The notes below the pieces were generated by a model. It did not search any database. It was not told the origin of the DNA and was given only the letters and a program-made list of their open reading frames with translations. DNA of 64,000 nt. It comes from Marinicella sp. (GTDB lineage: Bacteria > Pseudomonadota > Gammaproteobacteria > Xanthomonadales > Marinicellaceae). Position numbers and translations under genes: made by a program. The stretch is taken from positions 1,056,001-1,120,000 of the forward strand of contig OZ246001.1 of the NCBI GenBank assembly GCA_965230295.1, read 5' to 3'. Shown in pieces: positions 8,571 through 18,900 of the stretch (positions are counted from its first letter, which is position 1; each line of letters starts with the position of its first letter).

Positions 8571-10277
8571 TTATTGATTTTTTTGCAGTAATTGGATCAC
8601 TTCATCGCGTTGAGTCAGGGATAAAATCAGTAACACATCACCACTTCTGGCCCAATCCAAGGCCTTCTTGGTTCCTTCCAAAGGCGAATCTGCCTGAATG
8701 ATCTGACTCTTTTTCATGCCCAGTTCAAGTGCAAACTGTTCAATCAATACCGGTACTTCACCGGGTTTTCTGCCACGCAGGTAATCTCTCAACTCACAAA
8801 TCACCAGGCAATCAGGATCTGCCATCAGGCCAGATTTCACCAAGCCTTTGATCAAGGCATCATCACGGTCACCAGCTTGGCCAATGAGCAACAACCTCCT
8901 GTTGGCCGGCATGTTTTTTAAAGTGGTCGCCATGGCTGCCAAACCGTGCTCATTATGAGCAAAATCAACCAGCACCTTGAAATCATTGTAAGTGAATAAA
9001 TTACCACGGCCAGGATTGTTTTCAGGACTGGAAGCGAATGTCTTCAAACCGGATTGGATCACTCCAACCTCAATGCCCATGGCAAACATCATAGCCACCA
9101 CCGCCAGTGCATTGTGAACGTTGTGTTTGGCTGCCCCTGACATGGTGATCGGAATGTCTTCCACCGCAATGATCTTAATGGTCGGCTGATCAGCGGCTGG
9201 GTCATGATAATGAATCACTCCATCCTCCACATAAGTGGCTTTACCACCCTTGGAAATATGCTGCAGAACCACTGGGTTGTCGACATCCCAACTGAACCAA
9301 ACCAGTTGGTTGGGCAGCGTCGCTGCCATTTTGACCACCCCTTGATCATCGGCATTCAAGATTAAATCCTGATGGTTATTCAATGCTTGTCGCACCACAA
9401 ATTTGGCTTCGATCATGTCATCGACCGTGTCTATACCATAATCCCCTAAGTGGTCAGCTGCCACATTGGTGATGGCAGCGCACAGGGCTTGATTCACACC
9501 CAGGCCACGTCTGAGCATCCCGCCACGAGCCACTTCCAACAATGCCATTTCTGTCTCAGGGTGACGTAACAGAGTCCTGGCACCACCTGGACCAGAGTAA
9601 TCACCAGTGTCTAATATCTGTTCATCAATGCGGATGTAATCAGTCGATGTGATGCCACACTTGATACCAGCAGTTTTGATCACGTGGGCTGCCAATCGAA
9701 CTGTTGTTGATTTGCCGTTGGTGCCAGTGACCAAAGCCAATGGCACTGAAGCGATGCTTGTCCAGTCGATGTGACTGGCATCAGGAATGTTGTTGACAGG
9801 GAACACTTGGCAACCTGCACCATAGCCAATGGAAACATGGTCATCGTCACTGAGAAAACGCACATCATGGGTTTTGGCGGCTGCTTGCAAAGCCAATAAA
9901 GCTGGATTGGCCTCTTCTTTCACCATCACAAGCAGTTTTTCAACTTGCGGCTCCAAGGGTTCCTGAGGTTCATTGTTGAAATGATTGACCGTGCGTTGCC
10001 AGGCCACTTCATTCACTTCTGTGGCGGCGTACAAAACATCAATCGGTGCGGTAAATCCTAAAGAGGCTCCAGCTGCATACTGACGATGAAAGTCACGTTC
10101 CGACTGCCATCCAAGCAATGTAAGTAACCTTCTTAATTCTTGTTGCCAACAGTTAATTACGGTTTGTTTGTCAAAACCATCGATCAAAACATCGATGATG
10201 GCTCCCGCATCCGGGCCAAACATATTAGGCCCCGTTAATCGCCTGGAATCTTCCAGCAGCAGTTGTTGTTCAGTCAT
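8571..10277 (-). CDS. Cyanophycin-synthetase-like Mur ligase protein lacking the ATP-grasp (G) domain
   Basis: N-terminal RRLTGPN resembles the CphA N-domain. Mur ligase P-loop VTGTNGKSTT, LEVARGG, NVAADHLG, PGR and DFAHN are present. The ATG at 10277 overlaps the cphA stop. Confidence 0.8.
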   Translation of the reverse strand: MTEQQLLLEDSRRLTGPNMFGPDAGAIIDVLIDGFDKQTVINCWQQELRRLLTLLGWQSERDFHRQYAAGASLGFTAPIDVLYAATEVNEVAWQRTVNHFNNEPQEPLEPQVEKLLVMVKEEANPALLALQAAAKTHDVRFLSDDDHVSIGYGAGCQVFPVNNIPDASHIDWTSIASVPLALVTGTNGKSTTVRLAAHVIKTAGIKCGITSTDYIRIDEQILDTGDYSGPGGARTLLRHPETEMALLEVARGGMLRRGLGVNQALCAAITNVAADHLGDYGIDTVDDMIEAKFVVRQALNNHQDLILNADDQGVVKMAATLPNQLVWFSWDVDNPVVLQHISKGGKATYVEDGVIHYHDPAADQPTIKIIAVEDIPITMSGAAKHNVHNALAVVAMMFAMGIEVGVIQSGLKTFASSPENNPGRGNLFTYNDFKVLVDFAHNEHGLAAMATTLKNMPANRRLLLIGQAGDRDDALIKGLVKSGLMADPDCLVICELRDYLRGRKPGEVPVLIEQFALELGMKKSQIIQADSPLEGTKKALDWARSGDVLLILSLTQRDEVIQLLQKNQ

Positions 10278-13071
10278 TGTCTTCTTGTCTGGCCAAACGC
10301 ACACCACGATCGTCCTTGATCACTTCAAAATCACCCATATCCAAATCCTGTTTAGTCTGAATCACATTGGAAACCACAGGGCCAGTGCTTGAACTGGTCT
10401 GACTTTCAAAGTCCGCATTGAAGTTGATGATTTGTTTCCAACATCGGGTGATGTCATCGCCGAATATCAGCAACAAATCACCTTCTCGGGCCATTTTCAA
10501 GGCGGCGTCAACCGCTTCGGTTTCATCAGCAATGACTTCAATTTGGTTGTCCTGAACACCTTTTTCCATCAACTGTTTGCGCAACATCAAGGGCACTTCT
10601 TTTTGATCCCTGCCACGGCGGTTGTCATCGGCTTTTAAAATGTAATGGTCAAAATGTCCCGCTGCCTCATCAGCGATGGCAAAAATGTCTTCATCTCGGC
10701 GGTCTCCCGGCGCAGCCAAGGTACATATCTTGCGGCCACTGATCTCAAAGCGATCAATGGTTTGACACACCATACTGATGGCTGCGGCATTGTGTCCATA
10801 ATCAAGAATCACCTTAAAGGGGTGCTCGTCATATTGATTCATGCGACCTGGTGCCTGGAAGAAAGAAGTATCAAAAGTGCGCAAGCCGTGTCTGATTTGT
10901 TCCAGCTCAATGTCCATCGCAAAAGACATCGCACTGGCAAACATGGCATTTTGTACATTATGAACCGCTTTGCCTTCAATGGTGGCCGGAATCAAGTGGG
11001 TCCACAGCAAAGGAATGTGGCTGTGGTTGTCATAAATGGTGATCATGTCTCCATTGATGCCTTGCTCTAACACCACTGCGGTGCCACCTTGTTTGATGTG
11101 CTCTTTGACCAAATTATGTCCCGGATTCATGGTCACATAACACAATTTTTTGGCCTGGGTGTAATCGGCCATTTGTAAACAAAAAGGGTCATCGGCATTC
11201 AGCACGGCCGTGTCCTCGGCCACTTCAACCACCACACGTTTGATTTCTGCCAATTGCTCCAGGGTATCGATGCCTTTCAAACCCAAATGATCTGAATCGA
11301 TGTTCAAACATGCCGAAACATTGGCGTAGTTATAACCCAAACCTGCCCGCAAGATACCACCTCGGGCCGTTTCCATCACCGCCACATCAACCGTAGGATC
11401 ACGCAGCACAATGTTGGCGGCCATGGGACCTGTCATGTCACCTTTGACCGACAAATGGCCATCAATATAGACCCCATCGGTTGAAGTTGAGCCGACGGTG
11501 TGACCTGCAATTTTTAAAATATGTGACAGCATCCTGGAAGTGGTGGTCTTGCCGTTGGTTCCGGTGATTGCCGCAATCGGTATGCGGCTGGGTGTACTGG
11601 GTGGGAACAACATGTCCATCACTTTTCCAGCCACATCTCGTGGTTGTCCTTCTGACGGCGCCACGTGCATGCGAAAACCGGGTGCAGCATTGACTTCAAC
11701 AATGGCGCCACCGATTTCTTTGTAAGATTGGCTGATGTCCTGGGTCAAGAAATCCACTCCACCCACATCCAATCCGACTGCCATCACGGCACGTACCGCC
11801 ATGGCACGGTTATCAGGATGCACTTCATCGGTTAAATCTATCGCAGTACCGCCGGTTGACAAATTGGCTGTTGAACGCAGAAAGAAGACCTGATCTTTGT
11901 CGAGCACCGAATCAGTGGTATAACCTGCTGCATCCATCAACTTCTCAGCTTGTCGATCCAATTCCAACATGGTCAAAACTTTTTCGTGACCCACACCACG
12001 TCTGGGGTCTTGGTTCACCACTTCAACCAATTCAGCAATGGTGCTTTTCCCATCACCGACAACATGGCCTGGAACGCGTTTAGCAACCGCCACCAATTCG
12101 CCATTGACCACCAACATGCGGTGATCAAAGCCCAAGATCAATGACTCAATCAATACACCTCTTGAAGTGCCTTTTTCACGGGCAAAACGAAACGCCGCCT
12201 CCACTTCTTCATCGGTGCTGATGTCAATGGTGATACCCCGGCCGTGGTTGGCATTCAGAGGCTTGACCACCACTGGATAACCCATGCGTTTGGCAGCCCG
12301 CACCGCCTGCCGTTCAGAATAAACCAAATCCTGACTGGGTAATGGCAAGCCCAAATCACGCAGTAAATTATGGGTGTCTTCTTTGTCACAAGAAATTTCC
12401 ACGGCTATGTTGGTGGTCTTACTGGTGATGGTGGCCTGAATCCTTTGTTGGTATTTACCATGACCAAATTGCACCAATGAGTATTCATTCAATCGCAACC
12501 AAGGTATATTGCGTTCTTCTGCAGCACGCACGATGGAAGCGGTGGATGGACCCAGCTCTTTGCGTTGGGCAAAGCGGATGAAATCAGTCAACTCTTCGTT
12601 GAAATCAAAATCATCTTCAATGAAGTCTTTCAGTTGGGCCTGTACTTCTGCCGGCATCAAGCTGAACAACAGCTGTCGACCCAACTTGGCAGCAGCCAGT
12701 CCCACATCTCGTTGTTTGTATTCGAAAACCATGTTGTAACACCCAGGTTGACCTTCAATGGAACGGGTTTTGCCAAATGTGACGTCAGAGCCTGCCATGC
12801 ACTGCAGTTCGATCACCGTGTGCTCTAACACATGACCCATCCAAGTGCCTTCGTCTTCTTTCAAGCGCCGAATGAACCCACCTGGTTCGCCATAGGAACA
12901 GCCATGTTCTTGCAAACCCGGTAAGGCTACCAGGTAGTTATTGATGAAATCTTCACCCAGTTTTGCCGACGGCCACTGCTCCAATATCCCCAAATCCAAT
13001 TGCTGTCTGATGACTGGAAAGTGAGCGTACAAATTTGGCCCGACATAAACATTGGTGGTTAATATTCTCAT
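10270..13071 (-). CDS. cphA: Cyanophycin synthetase CphA1
   Basis: N-domain (GPN; C…HVLEH), ATP-grasp domain (VVKPLNANHGRG, ANLSTGG, EVNAAPGFRMH) and Mur ligase domain (ITGTNGKTTT, ETARGG, DYGHN). Confidence 0.96.
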   Translation of the reverse strand: MRILTTNVYVGPNLYAHFPVIRQQLDLGILEQWPSAKLGEDFINNYLVALPGLQEHGCSYGEPGGFIRRLKEDEGTWMGHVLEHTVIELQCMAGSDVTFGKTRSIEGQPGCYNMVFEYKQRDVGLAAAKLGRQLLFSLMPAEVQAQLKDFIEDDFDFNEELTDFIRFAQRKELGPSTASIVRAAEERNIPWLRLNEYSLVQFGHGKYQQRIQATITSKTTNIAVEISCDKEDTHNLLRDLGLPLPSQDLVYSERQAVRAAKRMGYPVVVKPLNANHGRGITIDISTDEEVEAAFRFAREKGTSRGVLIESLILGFDHRMLVVNGELVAVAKRVPGHVVGDGKSTIAELVEVVNQDPRRGVGHEKVLTMLELDRQAEKLMDAAGYTTDSVLDKDQVFFLRSTANLSTGGTAIDLTDEVHPDNRAMAVRAVMAVGLDVGGVDFLTQDISQSYKEIGGAIVEVNAAPGFRMHVAPSEGQPRDVAGKVMDMLFPPSTPSRIPIAAITGTNGKTTTSRMLSHILKIAGHTVGSTSTDGVYIDGHLSVKGDMTGPMAANIVLRDPTVDVAVMETARGGILRAGLGYNYANVSACLNIDSDHLGLKGIDTLEQLAEIKRVVVEVAEDTAVLNADDPFCLQMADYTQAKKLCYVTMNPGHNLVKEHIKQGGTAVVLEQGINGDMITIYDNHSHIPLLWTHLIPATIEGKAVHNVQNAMFASAMSFAMDIELEQIRHGLRTFDTSFFQAPGRMNQYDEHPFKVILDYGHNAAAISMVCQTIDRFEISGRKICTLAAPGDRRDEDIFAIADEAAGHFDHYILKADDNRRGRDQKEVPLMLRKQLMEKGVQDNQIEVIADETEAVDAALKMAREGDLLLIFGDDITRCWKQIINFNADFESQTSSSTGPVVSNVIQTKQDLDMGDFEVIKDDRGVRLARQEDND

Positions 13072-13201
13072 GATTTCCTCTATTAGTTATTCTTATTTAT
13101 ATGACTTGCACACGGTCACTGCCACAAGCCCAACCGGAATGGTTATTTATATCACAAATTGAATGTTTTGCTAAGTAGGCTATACAGCACAATGCAAAGA
13201 T

Positions 13202-14014
13202 TTATTCGAAAGCTTCTCGCGTATCAATGTTATACCTGGCACCGGTGGCCAATACATGTAGTTTCATTCCAATCAAGGTGATGCAGTCACGGTGCCTGGC
13301 ATCATGCATGGAAGAGTGTGACAGTTCTGCAGGATCCACCACAGTGATGGCACCCGAACCCACCACCTCAAAAACACCATCCGGACCAATGAAAGCTGCG
13401 GTGTCTTCATCTATACCAATGCCTGAAACAAACGGGTTGTATGACAACGCGGTCATCAAGCGGCCGATGCGGTCTCTTTGCCTGAAATGTTGATCGATGA
13501 TCACTTTGTTGGTCAATCCCAGCCCCGGAGCCATGGTGGCACCGTCTTCTGTCGGCGTAGGCCCGGTACGCCCGCCGGCGATCATGTGTTCTGACATGAT
13601 CGCAGCTCCGGCCGAAGTACCGGCCACATGCACCCCAGCAGCATTCATAGAGCGAATCATTTTGGCCACAGGTGTGCCACCCAAAATGGTCGACAAGCGT
13701 AACTGATTACCGCCTGTGATAAAAATACCCGTGGCTTTTGATAAAGAATCCTGGATTTCTTCTTTGAAACAATCTTCTCTTTCATCCACAGCAATGAATT
13801 TAGACTTGGCTCCCATGTTTTCAAAGATTTCAACATATCGGGGACCAGTGTCTTCGAGTTCCGAAGCGGTTGGTATCACCAGAATTTTGCCATCTGCTCC
13901 TCCTGACAGTTGACAAAATTTTTCTAAAATTATCGGTTCGTTGACTTTTTCTTCAGCACCACCGATGGGTATAACAAAACCGCGTTCGACTTGATCAATA
14001 TTGGGTGAGGGCAT
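13202..14014 (-). CDS. cphB: Cyanophycinase (S51 serine peptidase), intracellular
   Basis: IGGAEEK, TGGNQLRL, GTSAGA (Ser), DQHF (His) and GIDEDT (Glu). No signal peptide; adjacent to cphA. Confidence 0.95.
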   Translation of the reverse strand: MPSPNIDQVERGFVIPIGGAEEKVNEPIILEKFCQLSGGADGKILVIPTASELEDTGPRYVEIFENMGAKSKFIAVDEREDCFKEEIQDSLSKATGIFITGGNQLRLSTILGGTPVAKMIRSMNAAGVHVAGTSAGAAIMSEHMIAGGRTGPTPTEDGATMAPGLGLTNKVIIDQHFRQRDRIGRLMTALSYNPFVSGIGIDEDTAAFIGPDGVFEVVGSGAITVVDPAELSHSSMHDARHRDCITLIGMKLHVLATGARYNIDTREAFE

Positions 14015-14023
14015 AATGATTCC

Positions 14024-15196
14024 TTAATTATTGTTGTGTTCGAATCCACCAAATATCAAAGTTTGGTGATCTTTTTGATGCCATTGGCCCATGGCCATGA
14101 CGTCTTGTATGTTGTGCTGTTGATCCAGAACCACCAAGTCAGCATCAAACCCGACTTCGATTTGACCTTTGCTTTTGAGACGCAACAGTTCTGCCACATT
14201 TTGAGTGAACGCTGGCAACACTTGATGCGCTGGCAGACCCTCAGCCAACAAAGTTTGTAAGGTCTGGCTCAAGGCTTCACAGCGACCAATATCCATGTGC
14301 AACATTTCACCTTGCTCGTTGAAATGTGGCAAACAGCCACCACCATCAGATGAAATGGTGAATCGGTCCATAGGACAACCAGCTGCTTGGAACAACTTGA
14401 AAGCATCTGCTGCAGTCCAGGCATCTTCATCATCAGCCACTGGGAAAGCGGTGACATCAATGTAACTACCTCGGCGGCTCAGTTCGCAAGCTTGTTCAAA
14501 CAGGGCTTTGTTGCGGTTACAGTGGGTTGGGTTCAACACCCTGGCAGGAATTTCAGTTTGATCCAATAATGCATTGATCAAATCCAATCCTCGACGGCCA
14601 TCACCCAAATGAAAATGAACCACCCCAGCTTTGCGGGTCATCAAACCTGCCACATGGGCATCGCCGGCTATCCGTGCCACTTCATCGAAAGTGGGCTGGC
14701 TGGAACGGTGATCCGAGATGGCCAATTCGCCCACGCCCAAGATGGGTTCAATGTGAACAATGTCACTCTTGGCTGAACCCGTTAAGGTGGTCAATGGCAC
14801 ATGATATCCTCCGGTATAACAGAAGGCACTGATGCCGGCTTCTCGCAACGCATAGACTTGTGCCAACAAAGAAGACGTGCTGCGGGTTAAGTCATCGGTT
14901 CCCAACAAGCCCACCACTGTGGTCACACCAGCACGGGTGTAGTCACTCAAATGAACGGCTGGCACTTTACTGGCAAACCCATCTTCCCCGCCTCCACCAG
15001 TGATGTGGGCATGCCCATCAATCAAACCCGGAATCAAACGAGCGCCTTGATAGTCGGTATCTGTGGCCAATAAGTCTGCAGCAATTTCTGGCAAGCTTGG
15101 ACCCATGTAAACAACCTTTCCAGCCGCAACCAACACATGACAGACACCTAAATCTGCCGGTGCATATACGTGAACATTTCTTAATAAATGGATCAT
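14024..15196 (-). CDS. iadA: Isoaspartyl dipeptidase (beta-aspartyl peptidase)
   Basis: DGHAHITGGGGE, GVTTVVGLLGTD, AISDHRSS, HFHLGDG, PTH and SSDGGG motifs. Confidence 0.95.
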   Translation of the reverse strand: MIHLLRNVHVYAPADLGVCHVLVAAGKVVYMGPSLPEIAADLLATDTDYQGARLIPGLIDGHAHITGGGGEDGFASKVPAVHLSDYTRAGVTTVVGLLGTDDLTRSTSSLLAQVYALREAGISAFCYTGGYHVPLTTLTGSAKSDIVHIEPILGVGELAISDHRSSQPTFDEVARIAGDAHVAGLMTRKAGVVHFHLGDGRRGLDLINALLDQTEIPARVLNPTHCNRNKALFEQACELSRRGSYIDVTAFPVADDEDAWTAADAFKLFQAAGCPMDRFTISSDGGGCLPHFNEQGEMLHMDIGRCEALSQTLQTLLAEGLPAHQVLPAFTQNVAELLRLKSKGQIEVGFDADLVVLDQQHNIQDVMAMGQWHQKDHQTLIFGGFEHNNN

Positions 15197-15366
15197 CCGA
15201 ACTCTAAAACATCATTCTAAACAGGTCGACGAAACACCTGCAAATCATGCCATACATGGCCAAACGGGGTATGGTAACCGATTGTTCATATATTGACCAC
15301 CATTCCACCCATTTTTCAGTGCTCGCTGCAGTTGTTTATCAAGGCTGTAGGGCACATACTTGAAAC

Positions 15367-15894
15367 ATGTATAATCAAATTCATTGGATCGATACCTCAG
15401 ATGAATCAATGACTTTAAAAGCCCAACTTGAATTTGCCCAATTTAAGGACAATGATTTACCTCAAATCATGCCCATTGAAAATCAAATTTACCCCAACCC
15501 TTGGTCTGAAAAAGTCATGAGAGACTGCATCAAGGCAGGTTACCAATGCATCAAGGGCATTGATCCCAGGCAAACTGATGACATCATGTGCTATGCAGTG
15601 ATGATGGTTGGTTATCAAGAAACCAATTTACTGAACATTGGCGTCAATCCGGCATTCAAGAAAATGGGTTTGGGCAGCCAGTTATTACATCGTTTGTTGT
15701 TAATCAGTCGGATCAACCACGCCAAACAAATGTGGCTTGAAGTACGCGCCAGTAATCAAGCTGCGCTGAACCTGTATCAAAAGTTCGGTTTCAAAGAGGT
15801 GGGCTTGAGAAAGAATTACTACCAATACCAAGACCCAACAGGAAAGAACATCAAAGAACATGCCATTTTGATGTCCAGGAAAGTCATGAAATGA
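15367..15894 (+). CDS. rimI: Ribosomal protein S18 alanine N-acetyltransferase (GNAT)
   Basis: IENQIYPNPWS, LLNIGV…GLG, WLEVRASN…LYQKFGF…RKNYY. Start may be the ATG at 15409. Confidence 0.9.
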   Translation: MYNQIHWIDTSDESMTLKAQLEFAQFKDNDLPQIMPIENQIYPNPWSEKVMRDCIKAGYQCIKGIDPRQTDDIMCYAVMMVGYQETNLLNIGVNPAFKKMGLGSQLLHRLLLISRINHAKQMWLEVRASNQAALNLYQKFGFKEVGLRKNYYQYQDPTGKNIKEHAILMSRKVMK

Positions 15895-15912
15895 TCAGGG
15901 TTGGATTGATAT

Positions 15913-15943
15913 AAAAAAAGCCCACCTTAAAAGTGGGCTTTTT
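15913..15943. terminator. Bidirectional intrinsic terminator
   Basis: AAAAAAAGCCCAC-cttaaaa-GTGGGCTTTTT between convergent rimI and the nuclease gene. Confidence 0.85.
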
Positions 15944-15967
15944 ACTGGGATTTCAATCAGTCTGGAT

Positions 15968-18900
15968 TTAATCAAAACCATCTTTGAAGATGAGATCAAA
16001 ATCGAAAGTTACAAACAACACAAAACCATCATGATCAGTCGATCGCAATGACGTGGTGTCATCGTCTTCAAAATTCACATTGGCATCTGCTTGTCCACGC
16101 ACAAACTGCATTTCATTCAGATTCATCAAACCGGCATCGTTCATGATGACGTTGTCTAATGACTGTGCAGAACCTCTGAAAATGAACGAATACTGCTGAT
16201 CTGCAGGCAAGGTCTGAATGCCTTGGGTTAATGGATCGGCAGAAAATTCAGGCTCTGACCACAACAAATTATCCGCATCAACTGCCGTACCGGTGATTTG
16301 ACCAATCACATCGACATAGCCATCAGTAAATTCAAATGCATTGAAGTCACCAATCACATACAAAGACACATCAGGATCTTCGTCGATGATTGAACGGGCC
16401 ATTAAAGCCACTGAATTGGCCTGTTGTAGTCGTTTACTGCGCACCCGATCTCCATCGACGGCATCATCGATACTGCTTCTGGATCGCTGGTGCACTGTCA
16501 ACACATTGATTGGCAATGTACCTCCCGGTAATGTCACATCGGCTTGTAAGCGCAAGGGCGGGCGGTCGTGCAGTAATGAACCATCAAAAGTATTGATGTC
16601 AGCCGCACCCAATTGAGTGATCGTGACATTACTCAATAAATCGGCGCGGTACAAATAGGCCACATTGATGCCACCTTGATCATTGCCTGCAATCAATTCG
16701 GCGGTATAGGTTGGACCACCTGCTGTGGTGATGGCATTGATCAAATCAAACAGTACAGTGATTCGCTCAATTTCTTGCAAGCCAATGATGGTTGGAGACT
16801 TCATGTCATTGACAAAGTAATTACCCAGTTTTTGTAACCTGGCAGCGTATTCCGCCGGGTCAGCAATTTGGTCATCATCTTCAGGCTCAGGGTCATTGAT
16901 GTCATTGAACAACCTGAATAAATTGGCAGAGCCAATGGTGAATTCCGTAGGCAAGGCATCACGTACCGCACCTGGAATCACATTTTCATTGATGATTGTG
17001 AGCACCGAAGGTTGCAACTCATAATCACCAAAACCGTAACTCAGAACGCCTTGGGCCGAAAACTCGGTCCCTGCTGACAATGCTTGGAATGGCAAGCCCA
17101 AAGCTTCCACACTCATTTCAATCAACTCAGGATTACCATCAAATACAGGTAAATTTGGTAAGCCGGGGAAATCAATGCCTGGTTCCCTGAATGCCCTGGA
17201 AGAGCCCGCTTTGATCACTGCATCATCACGGTCATTCCCAAAGAACCCAGCCGATGCTGCACTGACAAAGGCTTGTGGCATATTAAAATGCATGCCTTCA
17301 TAACACTCAAAACCCAGTGACTCACTGCCACAAGGGAACATGGTTGGGTCCGTTGACGGGAAAGTGTCATCCAAAACGATTACCTCAGGTAATGGATTTC
17401 CTGAAGAATCAACGGTCACCACAAGGCTGCCAGGGTTGGCAAATTCTGTGAGGTCAAAGAACTCTACAATGTCTCCAGTGACATCAACCTGATCTCCCAC
17501 TGCCACCATTGGTGCGCCACCAGTAAACACAAAAATCCCACTTGAAGTTAATGGGTCTACATCATTACGCCCATCAGGGGTTTGCATATAAAAACCATTG
17601 GTGTCTAACGCCGTAACGATGTTATCCAAAGTAGTGACTGCCTGACCAGCATAAGGAGAAGCCAATCCATTGCCTTGGATTTCAAAAATTTCTACCTCAG
17701 GGAATCCAGCGCCAAATTGCATCACGAAATTATCACCGCCTGTGCCATCACCGTTGCCATCAAGTTGATCTACTGAACCATCCAAATCGGTGACCTCTGC
17801 AGCCAATAAAGTCAGGGTACAGGTGGTGCCATTAGGCAAGTCCGCATCCGGGTTCAAGACCACTTGTGTGGCGTTGGACACTGGTAAACCAGTAAAAGTG
17901 ATTGGAGCGGCATCACAGGTCAACGTGGCTGCACCAGCACTTGCGTCAACAGCTTCAGAAAAATTGATGGTGATGTCCGTGTCTAAAGCCACCCCTGAAT
18001 CATTATCTGCTGGTGTGGTTGTATTCACACTGGGTGGCAAGTCACCCATGCCCAAGCAACCACCAAAGGAACTTCCATCCGTCAATGTACCTGGTGAAAA
18101 CAAGGTACCTCCACTGCCGGCAGCTAAGCTGTGTTCAACGTATGCGACACCTGTGATGTCCGGTTCCAGATTCAATGACTGATTGTTACCACCCTCTGCT
18201 CCGTAAGTGTGTGTGGCCACATCACTGACTCCGTCATTGATAGTGATCGTGTCTCCACCATTGTTCAAGCCAATAAAGCCACCACTGGCAATTTGCACCA
18301 CAGAATTGCCAAATAAACCAGTGGGTGTACCACCACCAAAGACGACCACACTACAGTCTGAGGGTATGACTGTTGCGGCAGGAAATGTATGCCTGACCTG
18401 TACAGCATCTGATAAAGTCCAGCCTGAAACATCTAAATCTGCACCAGAATTGTTGTAAATTTCAACAAACTCGTCATCTGATCCATCACGGACTCCATCG
18501 CCATTGGCGTCACCTGACAAGCCACTGGCAGGATCGGCTTGAAACTCGTTGATGATGACTGGCTGGGTGGCTGATTCAACGTTAAAACTGAAGTTAACAT
18601 CGGCTGTCATGTTATCTGGCATGCCGTCCTGATCAGTCACCTCAGCTGCCACCACAACAACGTCACAGCTGCCATCAAATGGCAGGTCTGCATCCGGAGT
18701 AATGACCACTGAATTGCCCGATGCAGGTAAGCCTGTGAAGGTTTGTGTCATCGCATCACAAGTCAAAGTAACCGCATCAATGGTGGCATCAACTGACTCA
18801 TCAAAGTTGATCGTTATCTGTGTATCAACTGCGACATTGGTTGCACTGTCAGCAGGATCAGTGGATGTCACAGCTGGCGCTGTATCACCACCTCCTGAAC

